Part shown: piece by piece, positions 49,283 to 62,811 of the stretch | How the letters are laid out: each line of letters starts with the position of its first letter | How positions within the stretch are numbered: position 1 is the first letter of the stretch | Origin: Takakia lepidozioides | Taxonomy: Eukaryota > Plantae > Bryophyta | Length of the DNA stretch: 64,000 nucleotides | Reading direction: 5' to 3' | Assembly: GCA_030704615.1 (NCBI GenBank) | Contig: CM060732.1 | Location: 32,054,001-32,118,000, forward strand | Notes under the pieces: generated by a model | What the model was told of the DNA's origin: nothing | Database searches by the model: none | Seen by the model: the letters and a program-made list of their open reading frames with translations, nothing else | Translations under genes and position numbers: made by a program

Positions 49283-52200
49283 CTATATACTAGATGATGC
49301 CATATCATGTTTTTTCGTATCTTCACTGTCTTTGTTTGCATGTTTTAAGCAATTGTTTGGTATATATTGTCAAACGTGCCACATGTCAGAGAGCAACTTT
49401 GCGAACCTTGACACCTTGTTTATTCTCACCACATGGATACTGGGTTGAATTTGCATCTGACTTTTCTAGATTTTGGACAAATGAGGGAAAACATTGGCTC
49501 AAAATCATCATATTGTGTATCATTATATGATGTCACCCATTAATATGACCAACCTATATTGTATAAAAGCAGGATTGTTGGATCAACTGACTATGTAACG
49601 TGTAGATCATATTTCCAAACTTAAAGTTTATAGATATCTTTGAGTATTGCATTTTCAACGCGATGCCAATGGTATTACAAACTGAGAACAATTTCGTACG
49701 TATCATCGTGAGCCTCTTTAAATTCCCAACCAAAAGCAAGGGTGGGTGGGTGGGTAAGGTCGAGTGGTGGAAGGAACATGAAGAGGGGTAGCGTGCCAGC
49801 CGTTAGCAGCGCCATTTGTTGTGGGTTGCGTTAATATGGTTATGACTACCATAAGGTATCACCAATATTCCAAATGGAAGACAACAAGCATAATTCGGGA
49901 AGTGAAGTGATACCATAATTAATGTTTGTTTTGGTATAACTCTTTCTTATTACTATTACTTTAAATGCACCTTGCATGCTCAATGACAAAGTCGTGGAAT
50001 ATGCTACATCTCGGGAGCACAACTCACGACAATATAGCTCAAGTAACTTACTTGCCGTGCACTCCAAATCAGTTCAATAGTCCATTGATCTTATTTTCAT
50101 GCTCATGCATTTGGCATACTGCACCTCTCGTTGTCTTTATCCAATTATACACGTTCACGAACAATTGTAACGTATATGGGATGTTGTAGCACCATCTGTC
50201 GCCATTTGCAACGTTAGCTATCGAGGTTAGACCTCATGTTGACATTGGATGATGTTGAAGTTGGAATCCAATTGTCTTATTGTATTTTTACTTTTCTTCC
50301 TTCTTTTGTTCCAGCCAATATATTTGACATAACCTCATGTAATCTAGATACCCTTGAAACCATCAGAAGATACGATCAACCACGAGTGATTTAATATGTA
50401 AAAGAATATTGGGATTTGTCATATTCCTCACCACGCCAATACAAATGCAGGGATATTATCTTTGATACTTGATTATCTTCCGAAGTGTAGGTCAGTGCGG
50501 CAAACACACTTGCCAAATTTTGAACAATTCTTATACGGAGTGTCGAATGAGGACCATATTGTCTCAACGGTGCTTTATGGAGGCATATCTATGTGCATTA
50601 CTACTACTAACTTGGCAATGTACAAGTAAGGTATTTGGAGCTAGTGATCAAGATGTTTTGCAAATCATTGTGGAAACTGTACAAGATGTAGAAGTGTCAA
50701 AAAGTGGACCAGCTGCAATATACACAACCCACATCAATTCACCGCAAAGGATCACTTGCCAACACGGGGGTATTTTTTGGGTGTTGTACCGGCAAAAGTA
50801 ATAAGTGCAGTATGTACGAGGGTCCATGATGGAGGTACAAAAATTCTTGCCTCTGTCACTGCATATGGTAAAACGGGCCTACATACTCTTCAGGTATACA
50901 TCCATAAACCATCTAGTCTATCCAATTGTTATACTAAAACACCCCATCTCCCAAATCACCAAATGTCAAATGGATTACATTAGTAATTATATTTTGTTAA
51001 GCATTGTACTTATATAAGAAAAATATAAATTTCTTCCCATTGATGATGTACATCTTATTTGCTTGTAGAGCCATGAGATTCACATCTTGGATAGCTGCTT
51101 GCATAAGAAAAGATGTTATAGGAGAACTATTGTTTATATAGCTAAAATTGATCCTTGTATCTAAAGTATGCATGGATTAGGATAGTTGGAATTGTGAATG
51201 TACATTTGAATTGAAAAGTACATGTACTTTTCTTTGGGTGCTATCTTAACTCTTGCATTGAATGAAGACTTTGCTATTTCAAGTTAGAAAAACTTGAAAA
51301 GATGCAAATCAATAAGAATTGACTATATGAAAGGCCAATTGTTACTTTTTGATAAATGTTGATGAATACAACTCTTTGGTTTGGATAATGCATTTTACAG
51401 AAGTAACAATCAACTTTATATCTTTGAATAAATATTTTTGTAACCCAGCGATGGACTCGAGGGAAGTTCTTCATATTGTTTTTCTACATTTCAGCTATAA
51501 ACCATAATATATCATGCAAACCAACATGATTTTAGTTTCTTGTATGCATGTGTAGATTATATCTATTAACGGTTGTGGTCTATCAAATGCACCAGAGGGA
51601 GTGGATATTCTTTTATCGCATGAAGGACATATTACTTTTGTATGGTATCAAAAATTTTGAGACACAACAACATGCATCAATCTACTAGTATTATCTAGCA
51701 TCATTCTGATCTCTCTTTTATATTTAATGCATTTGTTCTCTCTATTAAATGCAGTCACTCTCTAAACTTATTCTTTAAATATTAGTCCTAATTGTCTCTT
51801 TACTTAGAATTTCCTCCAAAGGCTTGTGTATTGCAACTGAGCATTGAATACCTTTATAAGGATAAGGGCCATCTCCTACAAAACGTTAAACATCTTCTTA
51901 TACTTGTGAATACTACATTAACATACTGAAAAATTGACTCATCTAAATATTTACCTTCTATGTCAACTTACTCACTTCATTTTTAATTTTAATAATCACA
52001 TTGATATTAACAAGCATTTTTTATTTTCTTCTTTCTTTTCTTTTTTTCATTTGTTGACAGTTGAAATGCAATCCATTATATACACACATCATTGGGTGTG
52101 GAATATATCAAGTGGGTGATACTTCAACAGTGTCTCCATTGAAACATGGTGGTAAGCCGGAAAAATGGATGCACAAGATTGGGTGCAAAATATTTACTGG

Positions 52201-53139
52201 ACCACTTCATGCGTTGTGTGTTGCGGATCCACACTTTTCTGGTGTAGTAATGAAACCAAAAAATGCTTCCATTGATGTGGACGTTGGCGGCACCAGCGGA
52301 GGTTGTTTCCCAGGTATGCATCTTAACAAGTCTCATTTTAGTTTAAAGCATAGATTAATCTAGAGAATGACGGTTATATATTTTCATGGTCCAAACTTGA
52401 TAATGATACTTGTCGAGTATGTGCTCCAAGACAAGTTATACGGTGAATGTACAATTAACATATAAAAGTGAAATGAAATATGAATATATATTACATATAC
52501 ATAATTTCCTATTTCGTAATTCACTGTCTCATTGGTTATATATTCAATGTATCATTGATATATGACTTCAATACTCAAACATTAGGATTGTGAGTTATTT
52601 CATTTGTGAACTTTCTTTGTGAACATGCATTGACATACCGGAAGTCGGCCTTCGGGGTCAAGAGACACCATAATTTACGCCTCCTTTCGGGAGGCGTCAT
52701 ATATTATATTATTATTATCATGCATTGATGTTGTTTTACGGGAGATGCCCTCGTCACTCTCCCAACTGGCATACAAAAGCCAATGTCACAACTCTCCATT
52801 GGAGACAAAGTATGTTGTGTTACCCAACCATCAACCAATATACTACTCATTAAGATGTGTCATTTCGATATGTAAGCTTTGTGATTTGACCAAATTACAT
52901 GTAAACGACAATTTTTGTGGAAGATAATAGGAATAATGTAAGAACTTAATGCGAGCGCATCAGGACGGTCCAGCCCTGACACCCCGTACCGCCGGTTCTC
53001 CGCCTCTGGCAGCCATCGAAGGCAGCCGGCTGGGCTTGGTCAATCCCTCCCCACCCCCACTCTCATCCCATCGGCGTCGTCGCCGCCTGCGTCGTCGTTC
53101 TGCGACACCAGTCCACCGCTTCCACCAGTCCGTCAGTTC

Positions 53140-54240
53140 CCTGTAACCCCCTGCACGTCAGCCCCTGTAACCCCCGCCCCGGGTTTAACCCTCACCCCCA
53201 TGTAACCCTCTGTAACTCTGCCGAGTGTAACCCACACCACCATGTAACCCTCTATAACACCGCAGAGTGTCACCCCCACCCCTATGTAACCCTCACTCCA
53301 TGTAACCCTCTGTAAAACTTTGCAACCCACGTGACCTCTGTAACCCATGACCCTCGTAACCCTCACCAGCTGTAACCCTCTGTAACCCTCCCTCTGTAAC
53401 CTGCCAAGTGTAACCCTCACCCATGTAACCCCTCACTCCATAACCCTATGTAACCCTTTGTAACCCATATAACCCTCTGTGACCCTCTGTAACCCATGTA
53501 ACCCTCTATGACCCTCTGTAACCCTTACCACCATGTAACCCTCTGTAACACTGCAGAGTGTCATCCTCACCTCTATGTAACCCGGACTCCATGTAACCCT
53601 CTCTGACCCTCTGTAACCCTCACCAGGTGTAACCCTCACCACCATGTAACCCTCTGTAACACCGCAGAGTGTCACCTCACCCTATGTAACCTCACTCATG
53701 CAACCTCTGTGACCCTCTGTAACCCTCACCGCCATGTAACCCTCTGTAACCCGTGTATCCCTCTGTAACACCGCTGAGTGTCACCCTCACCCCTATGTAA
53801 CCCTCACTCCATGTAACCCTTTGTAACCCATGTACCCCATGACCCTCTGTAACCCTTTGTAACCCATATAATCCTCTGTTACTTCGTGGGGTGTAACCCT
53901 CACTCCATGTTTTCCCGCATCATGTAACCCTCCCATTATGTGATCCCATGTAATCCCCACCATATGTAACCCGCATCGTGTAATCCCAATGCAAGCTTGT
54001 ATCATGTTATCCCATGTACCCCTCTCCGTGTAACTCCAGTTCCTCGTGTAACCCGATCATCCCTGTAACCCTTTGCACGTCAACCCTTGTAACTCCGCCT
54101 CGTGTAACCCTCATTGTGTAACTCTCACATTGTAACCCTACCATGTAACCTGATACTGTGTCAATCCCCTCCGTGTAACCCCCGATCGTGTCACCCCATA
54201 TCTTTTATCCCAAACGCATGTCACCCCTATTCGTGTAGCC
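53140..54240 (+). repeat. Dense TGTAACCC-based satellite (also 56030-56690 inverted, 57980-58920, 59440-59590)
   Basis: Dozens of TGTAACCC/TGTCACCC/GGGTTACA copies are directly visible. Confidence 0.9.
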
Positions 54241-54459
54241 CCTTGGTGCCCGGCAAAAATTGGCGGGCTCCGAGAGGTGTCAGATATTTTGAATTCAAAC
54301 CTGGGTTACACGATTCAGTGACATCAAAACCCACGTGTAACTCCATCATCGCACGTCATTTTCACCAGGTGCGCAGACGTCGTGCGGTCTCGAGGGCTCC
54401 GCTGCGTTGCCCGTGTGTGTTCTGCAATTTGTACTGTATTGGTGGTACTATTGCCGCTA

Positions 54460-57400
54460 ATGGCGTGTGCTGCCGCGAAGGTGCTAGACGAGGAACGCAA
54501 AGCAGCATTGGAATCAAATGGTTTGAAAGACGAGGCGGGAGAACTCTGTCATTTGCACCATTTGGTATCTCATTTGAAATGCATCCTACAGCTGACCATA
54601 GACGAGCTTTTCAATCACACAAACCTCCGTTGGATATGCCAGGTTTCCCAGGGAAAAGGGAAACGGATATCCATCGAAGTAGCTGTCGTTCCATGGTCTC
54701 GCATTCCTGATTTTCTGGAGGGAGAAAGGAGTAGAGTGGATGGGAAGACCCAATTTTATGTTCAAGATCGAAGGTACTGTGAGTTGCCAGATCTGACGAC
54801 ACCGCGTGCAAACAGTTATCGTCAGTGGCATAAGTAAGTCACTTACGAGGGTTGTATAACATTCCCAGCCCCACTCCCTTCTGTTGGCCTAGCAAAGTCG
54901 TATATGGCGATAACCCTCCTCGCTTTGTATGCTTTCTTTGCAGGTACCGCTGCTGATACGGCCCGGTAGATAGGCGCACGGACCAGCCGATTGTGAAGAA
55001 GAAGGAAAAACCGATAGCAGCCTCCGATAATCAAAAACCAGTCAAGCGAATCAGTCGTAAGGCAGCGGATTTCGGAGAGTCATACAAACGTGGGTGTACG
55101 TGTAGCTTCAAAGTTGGCCAGTGTTTTCTAGATCCAGAGTTGGCAATCATCACATACTTCCAGAAACAACATGTGGATGCAAAAGGAAAGCCATGTCATG
55201 GTTCAGCTGACCCATCTTCCCATTTCACGCGATTTGTGCATGCCTCTTGTCTCAGCCAAGATATGAAACAGTGGATCGTCGATAGTCTTCGCAGTGGCCT
55301 ATCTCCAGCTATGATTATGATACAACACACTCAACAGCCCCAGGAAGCTTGTGCGTCTCAGCCAGGCAGGGAGTGGAGTCGCGATTGTTTCTTGTTCGAG
55401 TACGACGTGAGAAACATTGCCGACAAGCTTGCGATTGAGAGTTACAAAAAACATCCAGATGATGCACAAAGTGCGCGTATGTGGGTTGATAGCAATCATA
55501 AAAGCGTCTTCTTCTACCATGAAGAGACAGCGCCAGTGGCGGGTGATTTGAAGTTCGTGATTGGAATACAAACGGAGTGGCAAAAACATAAAATGATCGA
55601 CCTGGGACACAACCGTGTGGTATCATGTGATGCAACATTTGGGACCAACGAAAATAAGGTATTCGTGTCACGCTTTACCTTCCATTGCATTCTGAAATGT
55701 GAGTGCCATGCAACTATTGCCAATATTACAATACTCACCTTATTCATTTTTGTACCATTGCGATATTGCAGTTCCCAATGTATACCATGATGGTGTTCGA
55801 CGAATGGCTCAACGGCATACCTGTTGCTTATACTATATCAGTGAGAAACAAAACGACTGACCTGAGCCCCTGGATGAAACGTCTTCAGAGCAAACCAGAT
55901 TGGAGGCCAAATGCTTTTGTTGTCGACGATGCAGACGAAGAAATCAATGCTATCAGGTACACGGCTAGAAGTTACAATGTTCTGAGTCACACAGTAATTT
56001 ACACTACAATTGCATGCATGAGGGGTTTCATGGATCGGGCTACACTGCTGCTAGTTACACTGAGAATCACAGTAAGAGTTACACTGCCAGTTACACGAGG
56101 GGGTGCATTGCTGCTTGTAAAACTTGGAGTTACACTGTCAGTTACTCGAGGGGTTACATGGATTGGGTTGCAGTGCTGTCTGTTACACTGAGGGTTACAC
56201 TATCAGTTAGACAGATGGTTACACTGCCTTGAGTTGGACGGAGGGTTACACTGTTGTGAGTTAGACCGAGGGTTACACTGCTATGAGGTAGACAAAGGGT
56301 TTTACTGCGAGTTACACTGGGAGTTATACGGCGTGTCATCTGCAGTCTTGCATGGATTAGGTTACACTACTATAGCCTGTGAGTTACACTGGGAGCATCA
56401 CAGAGGGTTATATGGGTTGGGTCGCTCTGAGAGTTACACGGTGTAACATGGATTGCGTTACAGCGCTGCGAGGGGTTATATGCGTTGGGTTACACTGCTG
56501 TGAGTTTCACTGATAGTTACATGGCCAGATGCACGAGGGGTTACATGAGTCACACTACTAAGAGTCGCACTACTAAGAGTCACTACTTGACACTGGGAGA
56601 GTTACACTGCAAGAGATAAGAGTTACACTGCTAAGAGTTCCTCTGATAAGAGTTACACTGCTAAGAGTTACACTGCAAGAAGTTACACTGATGGATTGGG
56701 TGGCATTTGATGTGTGTGCGTGCAAGGAATCGTTTGGGGACGTAGCGATATTTCTATGCCTTTGGCATGTTCGTCGCGCTTGGCTGAATCATTCGTGGCG
56801 TAAGATGCCCGATCCATACACTCGCAATGATGTTTTGAAACAGCTTGGCGACGTAATGTACGGCATTAACGCCTGTGTGGGAGTCACCCCAGAAGAGTGG
56901 GCGCTGGAGCGACTGGAAGATTTGCATTATTCCTATCCGTTTGCGCGTGACTTCCTATTACATCAGAATGGAATGGGTCCCAAAACTGAGCATGTGGATC
57001 ATGGGGCCTTGTAATATTCCCCATGCAAGTCAGGATACTAATACCGCAATTGAATCTTGGCACGGAAATTTGAAGGCTCGTTTACGCTCGGGAAAGCAAA
57101 GGCTTGATGGCAGGAGAATTGATTGGCTGATCAGTGAACTCGTGGTGATCAGTGATCGTTCTAACCCACTATTGGTATAGAGATAACTTGAAATCAAAAG
57201 GCTTCAAAAGGAATGTACGACAGGAGGAATTTATCAGCAATGTTGTTCGGACTGCGAGGGAGATCCCTGACGTCAATGTTCATTTGCCCACTATTCCTGC
57301 TCATCCGGCGATTGTGGATAGTGTTCAAACGGCCGGTCGAAGCTACACAATCTATGCACCTGCAACCACCTGGGCTTGTTGCGATTGTCCATGGGCTTTG

Positions 57401-57877
57401 AAGGGTAACTTGTGCAAACATCAAATCCGCGTTCTTCAATTGATGAAGCCAAATCTGAAGGAAAGGCTTATTGTGAAGCTATGTGGCACAAAGCTTGGGA
57501 CCATGCATGGAGGTCTTGACATGTTGATGAAATCGGAACTTCCAGATATTGATGCAGAGGAGGAAGTTGTGAATCTAGCAGAGCCTACGGAGTGCTCAGC
57601 ATCATCCCAGCGTGGTCAGCAGGAGCCGTCGGATGTTTCATCAATTGAATCTGAGATGAAGTCCCTGTCGCTTCTTGGCAATGAGAGTGAAACAATGCGC
57701 AAACATCTGCTTGCCGAGCTTCGTTGTGTTCGTGGGAGGCTGTCCACTTTACAAGTCAGAATCGATAAAGGTCTGTTGCACCCTCTTCAGGCAGTTCCAT
57801 TCATAAAAAATGATGATGGAAACAACATGTCCCTTGCCAGGAAAATGGATTTTGTAGACCGGTTCCATAGTAAGTGA
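54460..57877 (+). pseudogene. Mutator-like (MULE) DDE transposase with SWIM zinc finger, multi-exon, with stops/frameshifts
   Basis: CDATFGTN, MVFDEWLNGIPVAY, FVVDDADEE, LCLWHVRRAW (CxxH), DTNTAIESWHGNLK, CDCPWALKGNLCKH (SWIM). Confidence 0.9.
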
Positions 57878-58968
57878 CCATTGAGTCCATTGGCAATGAC
57901 ACTTATTTTGTGATCAACAGGTTTAATATGTCTGTTCATGGGTTGTTATTCACTTTGCCATTCCATCCACATTCAACCTATGTAACCCACTCAATGGGAC
58001 ACCCATGGGCCGGGGTGACACAACACAGGGTTACACCGTCTGGGGTTTCATAACATAACATAGCTCTACTTAGTGTAACTCGCATATGTGGTACTCCACA
58101 CAGTGTAACACAGACGAGTGTAACCCCCTTCAGTGTAACTCATTGTGGTGTAACTCCAAGTGTAACTACAATGTAACTATCAACAATGTAACCCAGTATG
58201 TAACCCCATAGAATATTGTTGTCAGTGGTGTAACTCTGAGAATTATAAGTCGATGACTACAGTGTGACTACAGGGTCTGGATTAGTCTGCCGGGGTTACA
58301 TGACCCTTCAATACAGAGTGGGAAGACGCTGAAGTCGAGCACCTTTAGTCGCCAACACTAGCCCCTGTATGTGTAACCCTCTATGTGCAACCCCTCTATG
58401 TGTAACCCACCCTGCATGTGTAACCCATAGCAACCCCTCTATGTGTAACCCACCCTACATGTGTAACCCATATATGTGTAACCCCTCTATGTGTAACCAA
58501 TTTAGGTGTATCCCACCCTGTATGTGTAACCCCTCTATGGTATAACTCTGAGAACTTCAGTGCACAAAAACTTCAGTGCGAAAAAAAAAAAAAAAAAAAA
58601 AAAAAAAAACAAGTGCGCATAGTCAAGGTGGGGTTACATGCCACGAAACTATACTGTTTCAGCTACGTGACCCTGACATAGCCAGGAAGGCCCAACCATG
58701 TAACCCTGAGAGGCCCATTGCATGTAACCCATAAGTGTAACCCCACGTTGTGAGACCCGGCACGGTCTAACCCATCACTTATGTGTGAACCCACAGAGTG
58801 TAAGCCCATTGCCCCAGGGCCCCAAGGTGTACCCAAGTACTTGTCTATGACTCCACTTCATGTAACCCAATAAGGTGTAACCCTATGTAAACCCATTGCA
58901 TGAAACCCAAACTGTGAAGTGTTACGAACAAACCACATAGAAGCAAAAAATGCATCAAGAGACGCTAT

Positions 58969-61040
58969 TTATTTCTTTGGCCATTTGACCAAGTCTTTGT
59001 CCATCTCGTCACACAGCCAACTAATCATATGAGTACGGGAAGCTATCATGGTTGACTCGTCGAACTAACTTGCAGTAAACGCCCGCCTATGACGGGTTGG
59101 TTTTCACATTGAACTTCCACTCCAAGTAAAATTGCACAAAACAAAGTGCATAATAGCCGCACTCCCAACAGCTCCGTTGCTGGGGGACACTGGCCTCAAA
59201 CCATTCCATCCTCTCCATGACGTAACTGAAGTCATCAGATCCAGGCATGCAATCAAAGAACGCTATGGCAAAATTTCGCAAAATTCCTTCAATGAGTTTG
59301 GGTAGGGCAATGGTTTTTTGGGAGTCCAAATGTACTATCCGACCTCGGCGCTCTAAAACAGCAACACTCTAGTGATCACTGCAACACAAACAAAGCCGTA
59401 ATGTCAGAATAGAAAAAAAAACTCTCCAATGAAACCCATTGTGGTGTAATCCTCAGTGGTGTAACCCGGCTATGGTGTAACCCAGTAGTGTAACCCTTTG
59501 TATTGTAACTCTAAACGGTGTAACACAACTAGTCAGCAGTGCAACTCCAAACTAGTGCCACTCAGTGTAGAACAGAGGAGTGTAACCCAACATGATTAGT
59601 CAACGCTCAAATTACTTACTCGAAGACAATAGGGATGACAACCACGTCCACAAGATCTTGATTCTTTGTGAACACCATCCCTCGGGCTACCTGAGTGTAC
59701 CATTCTTGCACCAACCCGAATAGCATCTGCAGATCGTTACCATTGGTACGCATGACATGCCACTAGAAAGGAGCACAGATGACAAACTCAGGTGCGATAG
59801 CCTTAAACAATTTAGCCTCCAGAAGTTTGTTGTAACCCGAGAGCAATGCATCTGTGACAGTTGCTCTTATTTTATACATCGGCTCAAAATCTGTCTCTTC
59901 CAAGTAAAACTGTAACGGGGTAGAGGCCAGGAAGGCATCGCCATAATAAAACTTCACTTCGGGCGCCCCAGGAGGGTCGGGCACCATTCTGAACTTCGTT
60001 AAGTACCGTTGTTTTAGGCTGCACAACAAACCGCACATTACGAACATTACGATGCATCATACAAGAGTTATGATCAATATTTGCAATCTGAGAGGATCAA
60101 AGTACAATGAGGTACCTCGAACGCTCCCGCAAGTGCTTGGCAAGGACCTCTTGCTGCTGGACAACGTCAACCTTGGAGACCCCTGCACTTTTGCCTTTCG
60201 ATTTGGTTCGATGTTTTTTGGGTGCGACAAGAACAGATACTTCTTTGTCAGCGCTAGGGGGTTCAGCCAACCGCTTTCTTTGAGCAGGCGACCGTTTTGA
60301 CCTCCTGGGATTTTTTGCAACCCTGACAATGCCGCCGGTAGGGGGAATTTCTGGGCCAGAGGTGCCTTGTTCTGAGTTTGTTGCAAGTGCTGAAGACTGC
60401 ACTCCCTCGTCTGAGACATGCTGGGGAGGTGACTGACCAAGGGCAGAAGTGTCACAGCTCACCTCCTCGGTGCTACCCCTGTCAGTGTCACCCTTCTGTT
60501 CAGACCCCTTGTCAGAGTCACGCTTCTCAGTGTCACCCTTCTCTTCGGCTACCTCCTCACTGTCACGCTTCTCAGTGTCACCCTTCTCTTCGGCTACCTT
60601 CTCAGTGTCACCCTTCTCTTTGGCCGCCTTATCAGTGTCACTCTTCGCAGTGTCATCCTTCTCATTGGGTTCCTTCCCAGTGTCACCCTGCTGAGTAACA
60701 ATCTTATGTGTGTCACCCTTGGTAGTGTCATAATGCTCCGCAACATCCTTCTCTTCGTGACTCTCCACAGTGAAACGCTTTTCGGTGTGACCCTGCTCTG
60801 TGTCACCCTTTCAACTGACAACCTCCTCGGTGACACCCTTCCCCGTGTCACCTATGTCGATGTCACTCTTGCGGAAGAGCGTCATCCGTCACGACTAGTG
60901 GCCGTGGCAAAGGAGTGTCACCCTCCACGACTAGTGGCAGTGGAGTGTCATCCATGGCAGTATTACACTCACGGACATCTGCCATGTGGGTTGGCTGTGG
61001 GGTGTCACCCCTACCAGTGTAACCCATGTCAATGTCACTC
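58969..61040 (-). pseudogene. Ulp1-like (C48) SUMO protease with acidic repeat N-terminus, convergent with the transposase; premature stops
   Basis: DVVVIPIVF|DH*SVAV...IVHLDS...VPQQRSCWECGYYAL shows the H, D, Q and C catalytic motifs. Introns at ~59381-59619 and ~60020-60112; KGDTEK repeats upstream. Confidence 0.85.
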
Positions 61041-61482
61041 TCAACGGAAGTTGCAGTGTTCACGGGCCAACGTAGCTACGGCGTGAGCCCAGCCCCGTGA
61101 GCCTGGGAGCTGAGCTCACGTTGTAGCTGCAAAGCGTGAGCTGAGCTCACGCTTCAAGGAAGCGTGAGCGGCACATGCTAGAGAAGCAGGTCCTATAGGC
61201 GAGGATTGCAAGAAGAGGGCCTATTACCGTGGACAAAACAAAGGGGGCCACCATGCACCATGTCTGCAATGCCTGCACAAAAAGAGGAATATGAAAATAT
61301 GGCAGAATTGAGCTCAGAATGATTGATACACTTTATTTCAATTCACAGATAGACGCTTACAATGAATGGCATGTGCATTTGCCCTGGTTCCGTGAACGAA
61401 ATGTATGTGTTTGTCCTAAATGCAAAGTCTTCACACGGTAACCTGGAAACCAGTGTGGGAAGCGGGCATGGCTCGTATGTGT

Positions 61483-61983
61483 TCAAAGAGAATTTGGCGG
61501 AGCCCTACGTGAGGTGTCCCGCTGCAGAAGGGTGATGACTTCTCCGTAGCCTAGTGTGGCTTGGTGAATGAATTGGTCTCTCTTACCGTCACAACACATA
61601 ATTACAAGGTATATGTAATATTGATGCTTGTAGGGGACCCACTTCCCTCTCATGCCGAGAGCGCCCTCACGCATCGTTACAAAATCCGGACAAGTGCAAG
61701 TAGGGAAATTCCCCACGGTAACCTGATATTCTTTGCCATGAAGAACTGAGCCAATAGACAGCACTGTGTAAATCCGTCCATACCCCGGGGCAGGGACTTC
61801 GGTGATACGAGCCACCCGAGCCTGCAAAATTCTAGCCGATTCCATCTTGCATTCGTGATCTGCACCCGAAGCGACACAGCGCACTGTTTTTCCATCTCTT
61901 TTTGTTGGGTGGGAGTCGGCACCGGGTGGAGGCATTGCTGGAGCATGTGGCACATCTGTGCCGATAGTGCACAAGGGCACCAC
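61483..61983 (-). pseudogene. SWIM zinc-finger C-terminal fragment of a second transposon-related protein
   Basis: YQVTVGNFPTCTCPDF...WVPYKHQYY (CxC...[C]xH, third Cys seen as Tyr); flanked by CGTGAGC repeats at 61080-61170. Confidence 0.7.
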
Positions 61984-62007
61984 TCGGGATCGTGCAAGAC
62001 AAAACCC

Positions 62008-62240
62008 GGGGGTTGCTATTCCATGAGCTCATGAGCGGTGAGCTCATGAGCTCATGAGCGGGCATGGCTAACCCATGAGCCGCAAAGTAACACACTTCGA
62101 ATTTCGGCAGATTTTTTTCGGGCCAAAAACTATAAAATAATCAAAAATCGAAGATTTCCGCGCTCATGCTGGAAGTACTCCGCTCATGAGTACCAGTGTA
62201 CGCTCATGACTTGGAGCCCAGGCTCATGGACCGCCAGGCC
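62008..62240 (+). mobile_element. Left end of a Mutator-like element with CATGAGC repeats
   Basis: GGGGGTTGCTATTCCATGAGC is an inverted match to 16792-16811. Confidence 0.5.
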
Positions 62241-62267
62241 AGGTCATAGAATAACAGAATTCTGGGC

Positions 62268-62745
62268 AATAACGGCACCGAAATTATCCCAGAGGCAGAG
62301 ACGCAAGCGGAATTAGGATCCGGGTTTGCAGACTCCGAAAACGCAATGGCGACCTATAACCGTGGATAGTACTATTGCAGAAGTGCAGGATGGTTGGTTA
62401 TAACGAGGCCGTAATTGGGAACAGGAAAAGAAATAGCGCGCTGAAGGCTCGGGAGTGAAGCCAACAACGGTGGTGAAAGTAATTGGGCTCTGCCAACCAA
62501 ATACCCGGCTGCATCCTCCGGAGTGCAGGCGATAACGGCGCCGAAATGGGCCCCGGAAACCAAATACTCGGCTGAAGCCACCGGAGTGCAGCCGATAACG
62601 GCGCCGAAATTGGGTCCGGAAACCAAATACCCGGCTGAAGGCTGGGGATTGCAACCAATAACGGCGCCGAAATTGACCTGCGGAAACAAAATTCTCGGCT
62701 GAAGCTTCCGCACTCCATGTAATAACGGCGCCGAAATTGGGCGTC
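62268..62745 (+). repeat. ~63-66-bp tandem array with ATAACGGCGCCGAAATTG core
   Basis: Clear cores at ~62270, 62532, 62595, 62658 and 62722, with degenerate ones at ~62400 and ~62465. Confidence 0.85.
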
Positions 62746-62811
62746 GGAGAGCAAATACCCGCCTTACGGTGAGGGAGGCCTTGCTCTCATTTTGCTCTTC
62801 ACTCTTCTCTG

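Noticed and set aside
49500-52700. AT-rich decayed coding-like region (possible Helitron) and GC hairpin ACGCCTCC-TTTCG-GGAGGCGT at 52677-52697
   Set aside because: No convincing Rep/helicase motif could be read and no CTRR end follows the hairpin; it needs a translated profile search.
53133-54005. VTEGY-repeat ORFs on the minus strand
   Set aside because: Translations of the TGTAACCC satellite.
58581-58609. A29 tract as a retroposon tail
   Set aside because: No TSD or upstream retro-sequence; it lies within the repeat-rich intergenic gap.
53140-58920. Interstitial telomere
   Set aside because: TAACCC occurs within dispersed TGTAACCC units in both orientations, not as tandem TTTAGGG/TTAGGG.
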